A DNA stretch of 64,000 nt from Asterias rubens (lineage: Eukaryota), in assembly GCF_902459465.1 (NCBI RefSeq), contig NC_047073.1, positions 14,942,001 to 15,006,000 on the forward strand, read 5' to 3'. The position numbers and the translations under genes were made by a program. Shown piece after piece: positions 24,701 through 37,691 of the stretch (the stretch's first letter is position 1; each line of letters opens with the position of its first letter). The notes below the pieces were generated by a model, which saw only the letters and a program-made list of their open reading frames with translations, had not been told where the DNA came from and ran no database searches.

Positions 24701-27700
24701 CAACTCCCCGAGCTTCAGGTAAACCTGCGCAACCTTGAGTTTGAACTCTTTGTTGTCTTTGTCTTGCCTGAGGAAGGCAACCAAGATGAATACAAAAAAC
24801 ATTTTAAAACTGCCATAAAAAAAATAGAAGTTGACAAAATCTTTTACAATTCGGGTCTTGTCCAAAACTTTTATATTTAAACCAGTTTGGTCTTTTATTT
24901 CCAAAGACCAATATTCTCACTTGGTGTATCCCAACATGCATAAAATATTGGACCCACTTGGTCATCAAAGTTGCGAGAGAATAATAAAAGAAAAACGCCC
25001 CTGTTGCACAAACTTGTTTGCTTTCATATGCCTAAAAAGGCTTCAGGCCTAAAGTCTTTTAATATTTAAGTGAACAGATTTCGCTTTCTCAAAAACTGCA
25101 TTACTTCAGAGGAAACCATTTCTCACAATGCCGTATACTAGCATCAGCTCTCCATTGCTAGTTACCAAGCAAGTTTTTATGCTAACAATTATTTTGAGTA
25201 ATTTACCAGTTTAGTGTCCAGTGCCTTTAATCCCCACAGTTGTAGGTTGAACCAATTATAACATGTAAGTCCACATAATCAAAATCATTAAAAATGTTAT
25301 CTTACTTTGAAAATATTACTCTTGCAAGCTCCAGCATCTCCCAACTCAACTGGAAATTCGACACCTCCTCCTCCTGAAAGAAAAAAAAAAATCTGAAAAT
25401 CAGCAAAACTTTAGAAATATTTATCAGGAGCTCTAAAAGAAGAAAATATTTCAGTTGACAACAACTATGGACAGCTGAATCAGTATACAATTGTTGCATG
25501 CTATGACGGGGTCCATGACATTTTGTACACCCGAGGGGGGAAATGGAACCCGAGGCAAAGCCGAGGGTGCCATTTCCCCTCGTGGACCCCAGTCACAGCG
25601 TGCAACAATTGTTTTGTTATACCTTTGTATAATTGTTATTCCTCTTCTCGAAGTTCTGTTGTCATCTTCAAACATTATTATGACGGACTATTCAGTGTTT
25701 AATAAGCAGACGAACAAGAAACAATTCCCTCGAACCTGCGGTTATTTTGTACACAGCGCTGGAAATCGCCCATCGCCAGGAACGATCAAGGTGATGTACA
25801 CCGGTGTACATCACTTTTTATGTTACCCGGCCCGTCGAGCCATGTAACATGTGTTTTTGATGCGCGTCACATGATTGGTTCTCGACCAATCAAACTTCAC
25901 AGTTTGTTACCGAGGTATAACAATCTAGATTGTATGATGGAGAGACACATGCAACATGTAAGGACATGTAGTACATGTACGTGAATAAAGCCATTTGCAT
26001 CTCAGGAAATCAAGAGTGTATGGGTGAGAATAAGCAGAAAGCCATGTGTCACGCTCAAACATCCTGATACATGTAGGAGGAACCAGGGCCCAACTTCTTA
26101 GAGCTGCTAAGCACATGAAATTTGCTTAGCATGAAATTTCTTCCTTGATAAAAACAGGATTATTAACCAAAATTTCCATTTGTTGCATATTGCTTGTTAC
26201 TGGTATTCAGCTGTTGTTTGATTATCCTAAAAATCACGTGGATTTGGTTGGTAATCTTGTTTTTGTAAAGGCAAAAATTTCATGCTTTGAAGCAAATTGT
26301 TGTGCTTAGCAGCTTTATAAAATTGGGCCCAGGTCAGACACACTGGTGGCACATACCATGAAAACATCTGAGGAATAGACAGAGGCTGGCTACAGCAATA
26401 GACCTACAATGGGAAAGAGGCCTCAGGCCGGTGTTCAAGTTTAAAATTCCAGCCCTGATCTTTATCATTTTCATCAACATTGTCTTACTTTGGTTTCTTC
26501 ACCCCCTTCGGCTTTATCTTCATCTCCGTCATCTTCCCCTTCATCTTCCTCCTCCTCCTCATCTCCTTCCCCTCCTTCTGCCTTCTCCTCGCTCGGTCCT
26601 GCTCCCTCATCTGACAAAATGGAAAGAAAGAAAACTTGATCAATACTTTTTAATTGAGGTCATATTTCAGGAGTGATATTTGATCCTTGGAAAAAAGTAG
26701 GAATATTACATTCAAGGGCTGACCCAGTTCACATGGTGTAGACTTTAAAGTAACACATTGCCTTGGATCGTTCGAGTTGGTCTAAAAAAAAGCGTTTGTA
26801 ACCGTTCATTATAAAATGTATATGATTGGAAAGATGTTTTTAAAGTAGAATACAATGATCCACACAAATTTGCCTCGAAATTGCGAGGTTTTCCTTTCAC
26901 TTTGCGAACTAACATGTTCGGATGGCCGACCGTGTTAGTCGACGAGGTAAAAGGAAAACCGTGCAATTTCGGGGCATGTTTCTGTGGATCATTGTATTCT
27001 ACTTTTACAACATCTTTCTAACCATATGCATTTTATAACAAACGGTTACAAATGCTTTTTATAGACCAACTCGACCGATCCAAGCAGCGTGTTCCTTTAA
27101 TAGACTATTCAGGCTATTTAATTACAATTGATTTGATTTGATGAGACATTTTGTTAAAAATTTGTACAAAAATTAATTCTTTCTCTTAAACTAAGTTACT
27201 TCAAAGGGGTCGTTACATTTAAAGACAGTGGACACTATTGGTTATTACTCAAAATAATTATTTTCATAAAACCTTTCTTGATTTCGAGTAAGGGGGAGAG
27301 GTTGATAGTACAAAACATTGTGAGAAACAGCTCCCTCTGAAGTGACAAAGTTTTTGAGAAAGAAGTAACTTTCCACGAATTTGATTTTGAGACCTCAGAG
27401 TTAGAACTTGAGGTCTCGAAATCAAGCATCTGAAAGCACACAACTTTGTGTGACCATGGTGCGACAGGGGTGTTTTTTCTTTGATTAATATCTTGCAACT
27501 TAGACGACCGATTGAGCTTCACAGGTTTATTATTTTATGCATATGTTGAGATACACCAATTGAGAAAACTAGCCTTTGACAATTACCAAAGGTGTCTAGT
27601 GCCTTCTCCCTGTTTTTCAACAGCTCTCCAGTGCTCTCTACCAAGGTTTATGGTAATTATTTTTAAATAAATTTCCAATGGGATAATACCCTTTACTCTA

Positions 27701-30700
27701 GAGGTTAACAACATTTTAAATGATGAACAAAGTGATAAAAATGAAAACAAACCTTCAAATAAATAATACAAAGGTTAATAAATTTATGAATGGTGACAAA
27801 ATAACAAATTGTGCAACAATTGATTGATCAACAATGAAACAAAAGTGGCATTGCCACCAAAGTTACATTTTTGTAACCGTAGGTCAATACTAAAAACAAA
27901 ATTTTTGCTGAAATGAACAAAATCAATTAATTAACATGTGCAATGGCCAACATCAACACTAAAAAAAAAAATACCTGAATACCTGAATAAACAAAATAAA
28001 AATCATCAATAAGTTCAAATGATTAGCTCACATTTAACAACAAAAGGAACAGTGCAATAACTTAAGGTAACAAAAACAAAAACGTTTGAAACTCCTAAAG
28101 CCCTTTTCACATTACTCGATTCCCCGAGGGCAACCCTGGGGAATTAACGGCCGGCCCTTTCATACTTGGATCACATTACCCCCGAATCTACCCTGGGAAA
28201 TAGCCACCCCTGCTCTGGAGAAGGGGTTAGCGGTAAAAACCTTGGAGTATTCTTGAAAACGTGCAGCTGGAACCCTGCGGAAGAGGGACCTAGTCAGGGA
28301 TAGCATGAAAGCGTACCAGGGTGACTGTTGGATGAAAAAACTTCCAGGGCCTCGCCAGAGCTGTATTCCACACGGATAAGAGATACAGTGTGAAAAGGAC
28401 TATATGTGAAATAAACAAATTAAAAGGTGATAAATATCTTTAAATTACAAAGACAAAAAGCAAATGGGGACACAGGGTAAACATTTTAACTTGAACAGTC
28501 CATTCAGAAAAACAAGGTTTAAAAATTTCAATCTTTTTTACCGATCGTTTTAACCCACACACCCCAAATTTGTTATTGTTTTAAACAAATATTGTTCAAG
28601 TATACAACGATACATCAAAGAGCAAAGTATTGTCTCAGATGTAGCCGATATTTTAGACCAATGCTATCCCAGCTCAACGGCTTTTTCTGGCTTCCAGCAT
28701 GCACTTTGTTCATGTTATGTGAAGAGGAAATTCACAATCACCTTGAAATTAGACATGACTGACGATCTCAAAGTGACCAAAGGAATTGTTTTGTTTCCCT
28801 CTAAAACCCCCACTTTGTATTATAATTTATTTCAAGTGAATTTTCTCTGACACACCTACCCAAAGTTCAAAGATTAAAAAAAAAAGTGCAATTTTATGAA
28901 CATTATTTCTGAGTGGCCCCTTACAGGAAAAAGTGTTAATGTTAAAATATTTTCTTGATGTTTCCATCGTGAGTATACCACTTACAACCCGGGTTAGTTA
29001 ACAGAAAGACAAAACTGTTGCCGCCTGCCGGTTGGCAAGTCAAAAGTGACAATAAAAATGAAGCGAACAGTGAGCTGTGTGGCCGCGTGACATCTGCAAA
29101 AAAACCTTCTACCTTTTCCCTGTTTCTTGTCTTTCTTAGCATCTTTTCCATCACTGTCTTTGGTCTCGTCTTTCTTAGCCTCCCCGTCCACATCCATTTG
29201 GACCTCCTCGTCATCATTTTTCTGCTCCTTCTCGACGTCCTTTTTATCGGTGACGTCCTTGTTATCAGTGACGTCCGTTTTATCGGTGACGTCCGTTTTA
29301 TCGGTGACGTCCGTTTTATCGGTGACGTCCGTTTTATCGGTGACGTCCTTTTTATCGGTTGCGTCCTTTTTCTCGATGACGATTTTTTTCTCGGTGGCGT
29401 CATTTTTATCAGCGATGTCATCTGTATCTTCCTCTTTATCCGTGGCTTCTTTGCCGGATTCCATCATATCGTCTTCTTTCTCGGATGCGCTTTCTTTGTT
29501 CCCTTCCTTGTCATTTTTCTTATCTTTGGACTCGTCTTTGGACTCAAGAGCCTCCTGAACATCGTGGAAAATTTGTTCCCTTTCCTTCTCTGAAGAGGTC
29601 ATAAAAGAATTTCAATTTTGTTTTCTTCTTTCTTTTTTTCTTCTTCTTTTTGTTGATTTTCAAAATGTTCTAGGCCCAATTTCATAAAGCCTGTGAAAGC
29701 TCAACAAACTTGCTCAGCACAGAAAAGTATTGCTTAACAGAAATAGGTTACCAGCCAAAACTACATTAAGTTCACATTGTTGTGACTAGTGCCCCACTAA
29801 ATTTTTGCTTAGCAAAGAAATTTATAAGGGTGTATTTTCACAGAGTAATTTCCTGGAGTCAAGTAAGGCGCACAGTTAACTAGGCTAGACTACTTGTTAA
29901 AATGCTCAAGCGCAAGACCTGCAGACAGAGTGTTAGCCAGAGCGGTGTCTGGGTGTCTTTTGGACACACTGTTTTAAATTTGAACATCCGGCTTTATCTG
30001 TCCTTTACATGTAAATATATTGTAAGTGAACAATTTGAACACCCAGTCTTTTATTTCAACCAAATTTGGGAATCTTGACCAAATCCTAACTAAAACCCTG
30101 CCTGCAGACAATATTCAAATCTATTGATGAGTGTTTTAAGTTTACCTTCTAGTGGTACTTTGTCAGGGTTTTCAACATTTTCAGCTTCTCCGTCGGAGTC
30201 TCCCTGTTCCTCATCGGGCACACCATCCAGTGCGTTACCCAGGACCCCTGTCTCCATGCGGGACAACTCCAACAGGGCCCAGCCGTAGAAGTAGTACGTC
30301 TCACCACACTCGTTGGCGAGCTCCCCATACTTGGACCCTCTGCCGTGGTGGTTAATGGGACAGAATAGCAATAAACATTGTCTATTAGTTAAAATACAAA
30401 CTAGTTTCTTGTACAGTGCTTAATCTATTGGCTTCTCAAAGCACTCGTCATTAATTTCTAGACAGGTTCTGAGATTTTTTATTTATCTGGATCTGGATGA
30501 ATACTCGTATGTACTCTCAACCAAACAAGAAGAGAAGATGATGAAGAAATTTCAGTTTTAGATGTGGAAGTAAAACCCAAGAGAATTATTCCAGGGTACA
30601 AACCCACGCAGTCAGGTAGGGACTGAAGACCCAATCCACATAGTGCCCTCAGTGGGATTCGAACCGGGGTCCCAGAGGTGGAAGGCGAGGCAAGACACTA

Positions 30701-33212
30701 ATACACCAAGTTCTCGATCAGTATCGCCTTCGCCTTATCTATTTTAGGTTATTGAACTCTTTTGTTTGTGTTGAACTTGTGGAGAGAAATAAAATAAGTA
30801 CAGGCCATGAACTTTGTTCTTGAAGGGGCACATGAATGTTCCTCTGGCAAGGGGCACTTGTACGAGGAAAATGGAATCTTGAAGAGGGCACTTGCAGCAA
30901 AAGCACAGGGCAGAGTAGCTCATGGTTAAGCTTGGGCGATATCACGATATTATCGAATATCGCGATATTAATTTGGAAACGATTTCGATATCGGATGGAT
31001 TTGGTTTTAATCGAAATATCAATATATCGCGATATATCGCGATATTGATTAAACATCGCGATGTATTTGCTAGCTTAGACATCTTGCACCCCATGGGTTT
31101 GGAGTAAAACCAGAAGAATAGGTCATTAGAACACCTCTCTTATGCTATGATTGTCTCTTCTACAACTTTCACTTGGAGTTTGAAGACTGATGATGTCAAA
31201 TTTAATTAATCGCGATTATATAGAATATCGCGATATATTGTCGGCGATATATCGTGAATAAAATAAATCGATATCGCCCAAGCTTACTCATGGTTCATAT
31301 TGAGGCATGTAATACCGTACCAAAATACATGTTGTACATGTAGCTACTATTATTAGCTGCTACTGTATGTGAGGTGCCAAGAAGTCATGATTCTCACAAA
31401 AACTTGTATGACCTCATGGTCAACCTATAATAATAGCAGCTTCTTATATACATAGCATGTCACTCAGTGACGCTCAAAGCTCATATACAGAATTTTCCGG
31501 CAAGGTATGTGGGACTATGATTGAGTTATGAGATCTGCACTTTTGATTTAGTGCACTGGGTTCTTTTACATGCGTTACACAAAACACAGGACCAACGGCT
31601 TTACGTCCCATCCGAAGACAGAGGCATCTTGCTTAAGGACACAGGTGCCACCACTGAGACTTGAACCCACACTTTGCTGATCAGATTCAGAAACACCAGA
31701 GTTTGAATCCGGTGCTCTTAACTGCCAGGCCAGGCCACCGCTTACACAGTCTAATATTGGCATGATTCGCTATTTTATTTTGTCAAGACTCAAAACTACT
31801 TACAGCAAAGCAGCAGCTTCTTCCAGACATTGCACAGCACTGGGTGCATCTCCAACCAAAAGATTGCGCCGACCTTGGGAAAGGAGGGTAGCTGCCTCTA
31901 CGTCTACATCAGAACTATAACAACAAAAGACAACAAAGTTAAATCATCAGGAATGTGATAAGACTGTTGAAAAAAACAAAACTGAACTATGACCGTGAAA
32001 GCTTGCAGTTTCAAAGCCTAACGTACATTTATCTTTAGTTTAGAGCCCTACTCTGCAATGTGGGGTGTTCCATGTGGTTTTATCTTCGTTTTCTGATGAT
32101 TTTGATCTTAGAAGTTATAATAGAATAATTAAAACAAAGAAACACATTTCCTGTTAAAAACAAAGAAATCAAATCCCTGGTTAAGGAAGATTACAGGCGA
32201 AACAGAGAGAGAAAAAGAGTCGGAAGACATTCTGTTGTGTCCCATCATGGGAAGAAAAGTAATATAAACAGATGGAACCATGATGCGCAACAGGGTGTTT
32301 TTTTAATGAAACAGCATCCCAACAAATTTTGCGCCCTCTCGTCTCTTGACAACTTCATTGAATTCTGGGTATTCCGACAATCAATACCTGGCCCCCGATA
32401 ACCTGTCTATGTCTCTCTCTGTGATGTAGTACTAGTAGGCAAACGAAACACTTGACCACTGCAACCGTTCCGTGTACAAACCAATTGTCATCATGAAACA
32501 GAGCAAAATGCTTTGGAAAATTTTCCCTATCCAATCCTGCCACCACTTTTCCATTGGTTTGAAATAACTTACTGGATGAGATATTCCTGACTGATTGAGT
32601 GTTTTGTTAGTGTTTGTAAAAATAAGTGAAAAGTGGTTGCAGAGCCAGAATACGGAAAGTTTTCCAAAAACAATCCTAAGAATCTGTTAAAATGGCGAAT
32701 GGGAAATGAATAAAAATCCCCCCCCCCCAAATAAAAAAAATAATAATAATTGAATCCGGAAACGGAATATAATCCAAAAAAGAAAAGGAAAGGCAAGAAA
32801 AAAGCAATTCTGACCCTGAACATGCTGAACACAAATTGAATTTCAATTTTCTTTCACGGTGAAGGAAAATAGTAGTTGGCACCGCCTTAACTTTGGAATG
32901 TTATGCTAGTCATCTTCGTACGATCCGACGTTACAACAAAAGACATTCTCTACAAAACTCAAAACCATTCAAAACCAAGAAACCACAAGAAACCACATCT
33001 CCAACAGTCCAATGCACATTGAACATGTGCTGTGCGCTGTCAATAAGGGGTCAACAATGGCAGCATACATTTACTGTGTGTGTACTGTTGTTCTGTACTG
33101 AAAACTAAAAAACTGCGATGTATTTCTCAGCAATTTCACACTTCTTTCTCTACAGAAAATGAAGGACTCACCTAACTTCCCCTTTGGAGGTACTTGCTCC
33201 TGCTTCGGACAT
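18734..33212 (-). CDS. NASP: Nuclear autoantigenic sperm protein (H3-H4/H1 histone chaperone, SHNi-TPR), 15 exons, ~613 aa
   Basis: Exons (-): 33212-33172, 31914-31804, 30339-30146, 29589-29113, 26610-26489, 25373-25306, 24767-24597, 23981-23924, 23404-23332, 23121-23039, 21749-21672, 20895-20824, 20582-20520, 19643-19482, 18802-18734 (1842 nt, phases consistent). Motifs: [86 protein letters not shown]. Confidence 0.96.
21989..22385. mobile_element. hAT-type MITE with 8-bp TSD
   Basis: TIR TAAGCTTGGGCGATAT; TTAGGGAA duplicated at 21981-21988 and 22386-22393. Confidence 0.88.
22592..22980 (+). mobile_element. tRNA-derived SINE with L2-like tail
   Basis: A-box-like TGGCCTAGCGGTTAAG and B-box-like GGTTTGAACCCC head, shared body AAAAGAACCCAGTGCAC, tail ...ATATAAGAAGCC. 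Related copies at ~31440-31740 (-), 48080-48495, 49497-49870, 52459-52545 and 53645-53855. Confidence 0.85.
23982..24596 (-). other. U12-type (minor spliceosome) GT-AG intron, NASP intron 7
   Basis: 5' site GTATCCTTT (24596-24588) and branch site TCCTTAAC (24003-23996) 13 nt from the CAG acceptor. No polypyrimidine tract. Confidence 0.92.
26087..26329. mobile_element. CWG-TSD MITE (PIF/Harbinger-group-like), TIR GGCCCAATTTCAT
   Basis: CAG|GGCCCAA...TTGGGCC|CAG. Related copies or ends at ~8990, 12350, 17335, 29665, 38995, 40880, 42164-42353, 54075 and 62235. Confidence 0.8.
26749..27096. mobile_element. TTAA-flanked MITE family C
   Basis: TTAA|AGTAACACATTGCCTTGGATCG...CGATCCAAGCAGCGTGTTCCT|TTAA with long internal inverted similarity. 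Confidence 0.8.
29233..29368 (-). repeat. 18-bp coding minisatellite (TDK[K/T]DV x7) inside NASP acidic exon 4
   Basis: Repeats of TTTATCGGTGACGTCC(G/T)T; peptide [12 protein letters not shown] x4[12 protein letters not shown]. Confidence 0.9.
30545..30712 (-). mobile_element. Second tRNA-derived SINE family (also ~56950-57090)
   Basis: Both copies share GGTAGGGACT.AA.ACCAAATCCACAT...GTGGGATTCGAACCGGGGTCC, i.e. B-box GGTTCGAATCCC on the minus strand. Confidence 0.65.
30927..31286. mobile_element. hAT-type MITE with 8-bp TSD (same family as 21989)
   Basis: TIR TAAGCTTGGGCGATAT; CTCATGGT duplicated at 30919-30926 and 31287-31294. Confidence 0.88.
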
Positions 33213-33716
33213 CTCGAAAGGTGTTTTTCCCCGGAGAAAACGTAGAGATTCAACTAGAGACAGTGGAGACACGCAGCGTTCTTCAGCAGCGCTACTGCAA
33301 AAATAAATGAATAGGTTCAGATAGGTTTCGCGGGAAATTGCTTTGAAGGCACTTGGCTATTCCACTAAACACTCACCCTCCCTCTGTAGAGAATGAAACT
33401 GTAATCATATTTTTCCCCGCAGATATCTTCTGTAAATTGTTAAAATCAAAGTCGCAAAAAAAGAACAAATTTGAAGTTATATTGGGTGTATAGAAATAGT
33501 AGAACTTGATTTCTTAACTACATTCCTTGTATTTTTCATGATGCAAGCTAAAATTTCGGCATGAAAAACAAAGAAGTTGTGATCCGACGACTGTTGCATT
33601 CAATCCTCTGGAATTTGTCACCATGACGTCACTGGTAGCGCCGCCATATTTGCGCATGTTCGTTTGGAGTCCTCGTGTGCAGGCGACGAAGTTGTGACAA
33701 ATAATCTTTTCAGAAA
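33213..33716. promoter_or_regulatory. Bidirectional NASP/BTF3 promoter with E2F, CHR-like, CRE and YY1 motifs; includes the BTF3 non-coding first exon (donor at 33717)
   Basis: TTTCGCGGGAAA 33326-33337, TTTGAA 33342-33347, TGACGTCA 33624-33631, CCGCCATATT 33641-33650, AAA|GTAAGT at 33716. Confidence 0.65.
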
Positions 33717-34771
33717 GTAAGTAGGCAAATTTCGAAGTTATTTTATTGTTTTAATGAATTGAATAGTTTCATAGAAGCTACGTATTGCCAGGTATGTATT
33801 CTGTTTTTAGGGTGTCTATCACTTTCTGAAATAATGTATATTTTGATGATTTTTTATAGATTTATTCGGGCATGGTTTTTCGTTTCCTTGCATAAAAGCA
33901 TTCCGTAACGACATGGCTGATTTTTCGGTTTCAGTGCACGTGCGTGTTTTAACATTGACATGACTGATCAGAAGAAGACGCCGTATTAACAGTTATGTTT
34001 GCGGGAGTGCAGTTTTGAACTGTTGAAGAAGTCACTTTAACTTAAAGCTGGGATTATTGGGAAGGTTTGAGCAGAGGCTAAATTGTAACTAACTAACAGT
34101 TACTTTTTAAACTTTACAAATGAAGGAAGAGTTCTCACTCGAGTCAACGGAGTGAAATAATTTTTGTTTTTTTAACCAGTTCATGACATGACCATCACAA
34201 TTCAAACACTTTCAGTTTCCTCATTTTAGTATTTTGCCCTTATTATAATTTACAATCAGTTTTGTATTGTTACATTACAATACAGTTTACACAATGAGAG
34301 TTGTGGCCCAATCTTTGTTTTGTGGTAAACCATGTTCAAACCTAATTAATTAAATGGTGAAGTAGGTACTTTCGTTTGTTCAAAAACTTAGAAGAAAATA
34401 AAACAACATCTGCTCATTAACTTATAATGATAATGATAGTTCAGACTTCCTTGTGACAAAGTGCAAACAAAGCGATGATGGAATACAACAATTTAAAATC
34501 GAGCTGGCAGATTCCCGTGCTGCAACTTCTTTGTTGATAAACTTTCTGAACATAAATTTAAAATAAAAAACAAAAATTTGACAATTCGTTTGAAAGACAA
34601 GTGTATTCCGTTTTTGTCTCCCGACTCTCCAGCCGAGAGTGAAAATAAAAACAAGCGCGCCAATGTTTTGAACCATTGCTTTGCCTCAGATTTCTTATTA
34701 ACAACGTGAATTTTTTTTTTTTTAACTATTATTTTTTTTTTTTTTACAGTCGTATACTTTTCAAATTCATT

Positions 34772-37691
34772 ATGAACACGGCAGCCGAGAAGTTGAGGAA
34801 ACAAGTTGAGCAGGTACGGATAGGTGGAAAGGGAACAGCAAGGAGAAAAAAGAAGGTCGTCCACAGAACGTCAGCCACAGACGACAAAAAATTACAGAAT
34901 AGTCTCAAGAAGCTGAGTGTCAACACAATTCCAGGAATCGAAGAGGTATAGTTTATACAGATAACATTTTTGATAAATGTCTTTCAGTTTTGTTGAAGGC
35001 AAAATATGTTGGGGTTTAAAATAAAAATTCCATTAAAAATTTCACCAAAATACAGCCTGAAAATTTATTTAAAAAAATGTACCAGCTCAATAAAGGTGCA
35101 TCCGAAAATTTACACTAACAAACTAATCAAGCAGACTCCCTCACCCCTGCAAACACAACACTATAAAATGTATTTTTTCTAAATGATTGTTTAAAATTCT
35201 GGTCCAGTAAAAATTGTGAACTACAAGTCCTGAGGATTTCACCACAAAATTCTAGCCCTGAAACTGACAAAACTTATTTTGACTCTCCTGAAATCATTGC
35301 TGTCGTATTGACTTTTTTCTTTTTTTAATAACTTGATGACTTATGTAGCTGAAACTTCTACAGGTAAATTATATTACATATTTCTTTATTTACAGTCAGT
35401 AGGGATTCATGTCATTGCCAAAAACCTGATCTACAAAAGGTATCAAAACACTTTAAGCCATACATCCATTCTCGTATGGGTTTTTTTAATGTTTTTTTTT
35501 TTTTACTTTTTCGTTATCCATTGTTTGCAGGTCAACATGATCAAAGACGATGGCACAGTAATCCACTTCAACAACCCCAAGGTACAAGCGTCACTAGGTG
35601 CAAACACATTTGCTGTCACCGGCCATGCCGAGTTGAAACAGCTCTCAGAAATGCTACCCGGTATCCTTAACCAGTTGGTGAGTTCAAACGTTCCTCAGGT
35701 TCTTAAGGTTTTTTTTCCCCCCGTTAGTCTGTAATGAACTTGTTGTTACCCTTTTTGTGTCACGATTTAAAGGCTTTGGACACTATTGGTAATTGTCAAA
35801 GACCAGTCTTCTCACTTGGTGTATCTCAACATATGCATAAAATAACAAACCTGTGAAAATTTGAGCTCACTCAGTCGACGAAGATGCGAGATAATAATGA
35901 AAGAAAAAACACCCTTGTCACACAAAGTTGTGTGCGTTTAGATGGTTGATTTCGAGACCTCAAATTCTAAACCTGAGGTCTCGAAATCAAATTCGTGGAA
36001 AGTTACTTCTTTCTCAAAAACTATGTCACTTCAGAGGGAGCCGTTTCTCACAATGTTTTATACCATCAACCTCTCCCGATTACTCGTCACCAAGTAAGGT
36101 TTTATGCTAGTAAATATTTTGAGTAATTATTAATAGTGTCCACTGCCTTTAATGGGAGACTTTGGAGTCCTTGGAGGCAGTAGAAATGGCAGCAACCCTG
36201 ATGCAGGGATGATAAATTTCGGTTTCATCTGGCACGCAAAAAAGGACCTGTTATGTCTGCTGCCGCCAGCATCTCAAAAGTCTCCCATTGAATAGTAATA
36301 CCTCAATGTGTGTAATGAATCTTTTTTTTTTAATAGTAGGCCAATGATGTTTAATGTTTTTTGTGTCTGATAAATATCTATTTTGTTAAGCATCAAAGGA
36401 TAGTTGCCCTAAAGACAAATGAGATAATTTGAGTTTTTCTCATTTTGAATTATGGTGTGTGGTTTGTGTAAAATATTTCTGGAAAAGATTTTGGCTACAA
36501 GCCTAGCTGGTCTTGTGGATTTTCCCAGCATTATTTGAGCCCTGAACCTTCATGAAGTATCAGGCCTATTACAGGTAATCTTACATTGATTAAATGCAGT
36601 TCAGACCACGAGCACATTAACAAGTACAGTGGTATAAATTGGTACAACTGCTGCCACCTAGTTTTCCTAAAAGACAGTTCATGATTCCATGTGCAGTTAC
36701 AGGCCTGCTTTGATCTTGACGACACAGCCCCTTTATGTTTGTACAATCCTGCCCATGTTTTGCTACTTTCATTGTAACAGGCCTGATACTTCACTGAGGC
36801 AACAAAGGCGGTTGCCCCCTGCTCATTGCCTTGGTGCCCGTAAAATGCTTCATTAGAATTTTACAATTTCCTCATAGGGTGCCCTTTACCAAGGAGAAAA
36901 TGCCTCGGTGCCCTTGCCCTTTCGAAAACAAAGCAAAGTGGCCTGTTGTGACAAGATCTAAATGGTGTTGCGTGTCATCTTTTCTTTGCAAACAGGGAGT
37001 GGATAATCACAACAGTCTCCGCCAACTTGCGGCCAAGCTACCTGCCATGCAGGAAGCAGCCAAAGCTGCTGGAACCAAACCTGATACCATCGATGAGGAT
37101 GATGAGCAGGTGCCAGGTAAGGCCCCAGGCCCCCCCACCCCACACCCCGGGGTTTAACCAACATTTTCCAATATGATAACATAAAATAGAATTAAATAAC
37201 AAACTGTAAGTTGCACAAGCCACACAACCCAGGAGAAGTGGACAGTTGTGGAGTCCTCGGGCTCCTACGATGATCGATGATGAAGGGAAACTGACTGGGT
37301 AAATTTTAAACGATTTTACAAAATAGGCAGACCGCCAAATATGGCCTTTATATAACGCGCAGTTTGTAGAGTGCCGGCGTGTTAAACTGGAGGACAGTGT
37401 TTCAAATCCCACTGTAGTCAATTTTCCTTTGCTCATCCCCAAATCAAGTAATATTAACTGAGAAACATCTGAATAAGCTGTTTGGGAGATACACGTAGAT
37501 TCAAAGAATGTCTTGTACAATTGTATTTCATTGTCACACATAACTGCGTAAATTTGAATTCCTCATACTGTAGAGATAGATGCATGGATTACCTTAATTA
37601 TAATAAATATTTAATCTTAATTTTTCTTTTCTTTTTTCCTGTTTCAGATTTAGTTGAAGACTTTGATGCACCATCAAAGGAAGAATCCTAA
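34772..37691 (+). CDS. BTF3: Transcription factor BTF3 / nascent polypeptide-associated complex beta subunit, 4 coding exons, 161 aa
   Basis: Exons 34772-34945, 35531-35677, 36996-37116, 37648-37691. Motifs: [19 protein letters not shown]...[27 protein letters not shown]...PGILNQLG...VPDLVEDFD. Could equally be named BTF3L4-like. Confidence 0.96.
35771..36148. mobile_element. TTAA-flanked MITE family A, full length, abutted by an AT-flanked MITE (36154-36286)
   Basis: TTAA|AGGCTTTGGACACTATTGG...AATAGTGTCCACTGCCT|TTAA. Confidence 0.85.
36790..36930 (+). repeat. Dispersed repeat family (GGCAAC...GTGCCCTTTACCAAGGAGAAAATGCC...GTGCCCTTGCCC)
   Basis: Near-identical copy at ~44890-45030. Related or reverse copies at ~9010-9090, 21250-21325, 30800-30912 and 54560-54680. 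Confidence 0.7.

Noticed and set aside
34470-34550. C/D-box snoRNA in BTF3 intron 1
   Set aside because: The C box is imperfect and no terminal stem or guide was recognised.
35661-35671. GTATCCTTAAC (U12 donor/branch-like) in BTF3
   Set aside because: It lies within the conserved coding sequence PGILNQ; the normal donor at 35678 restores the protein.
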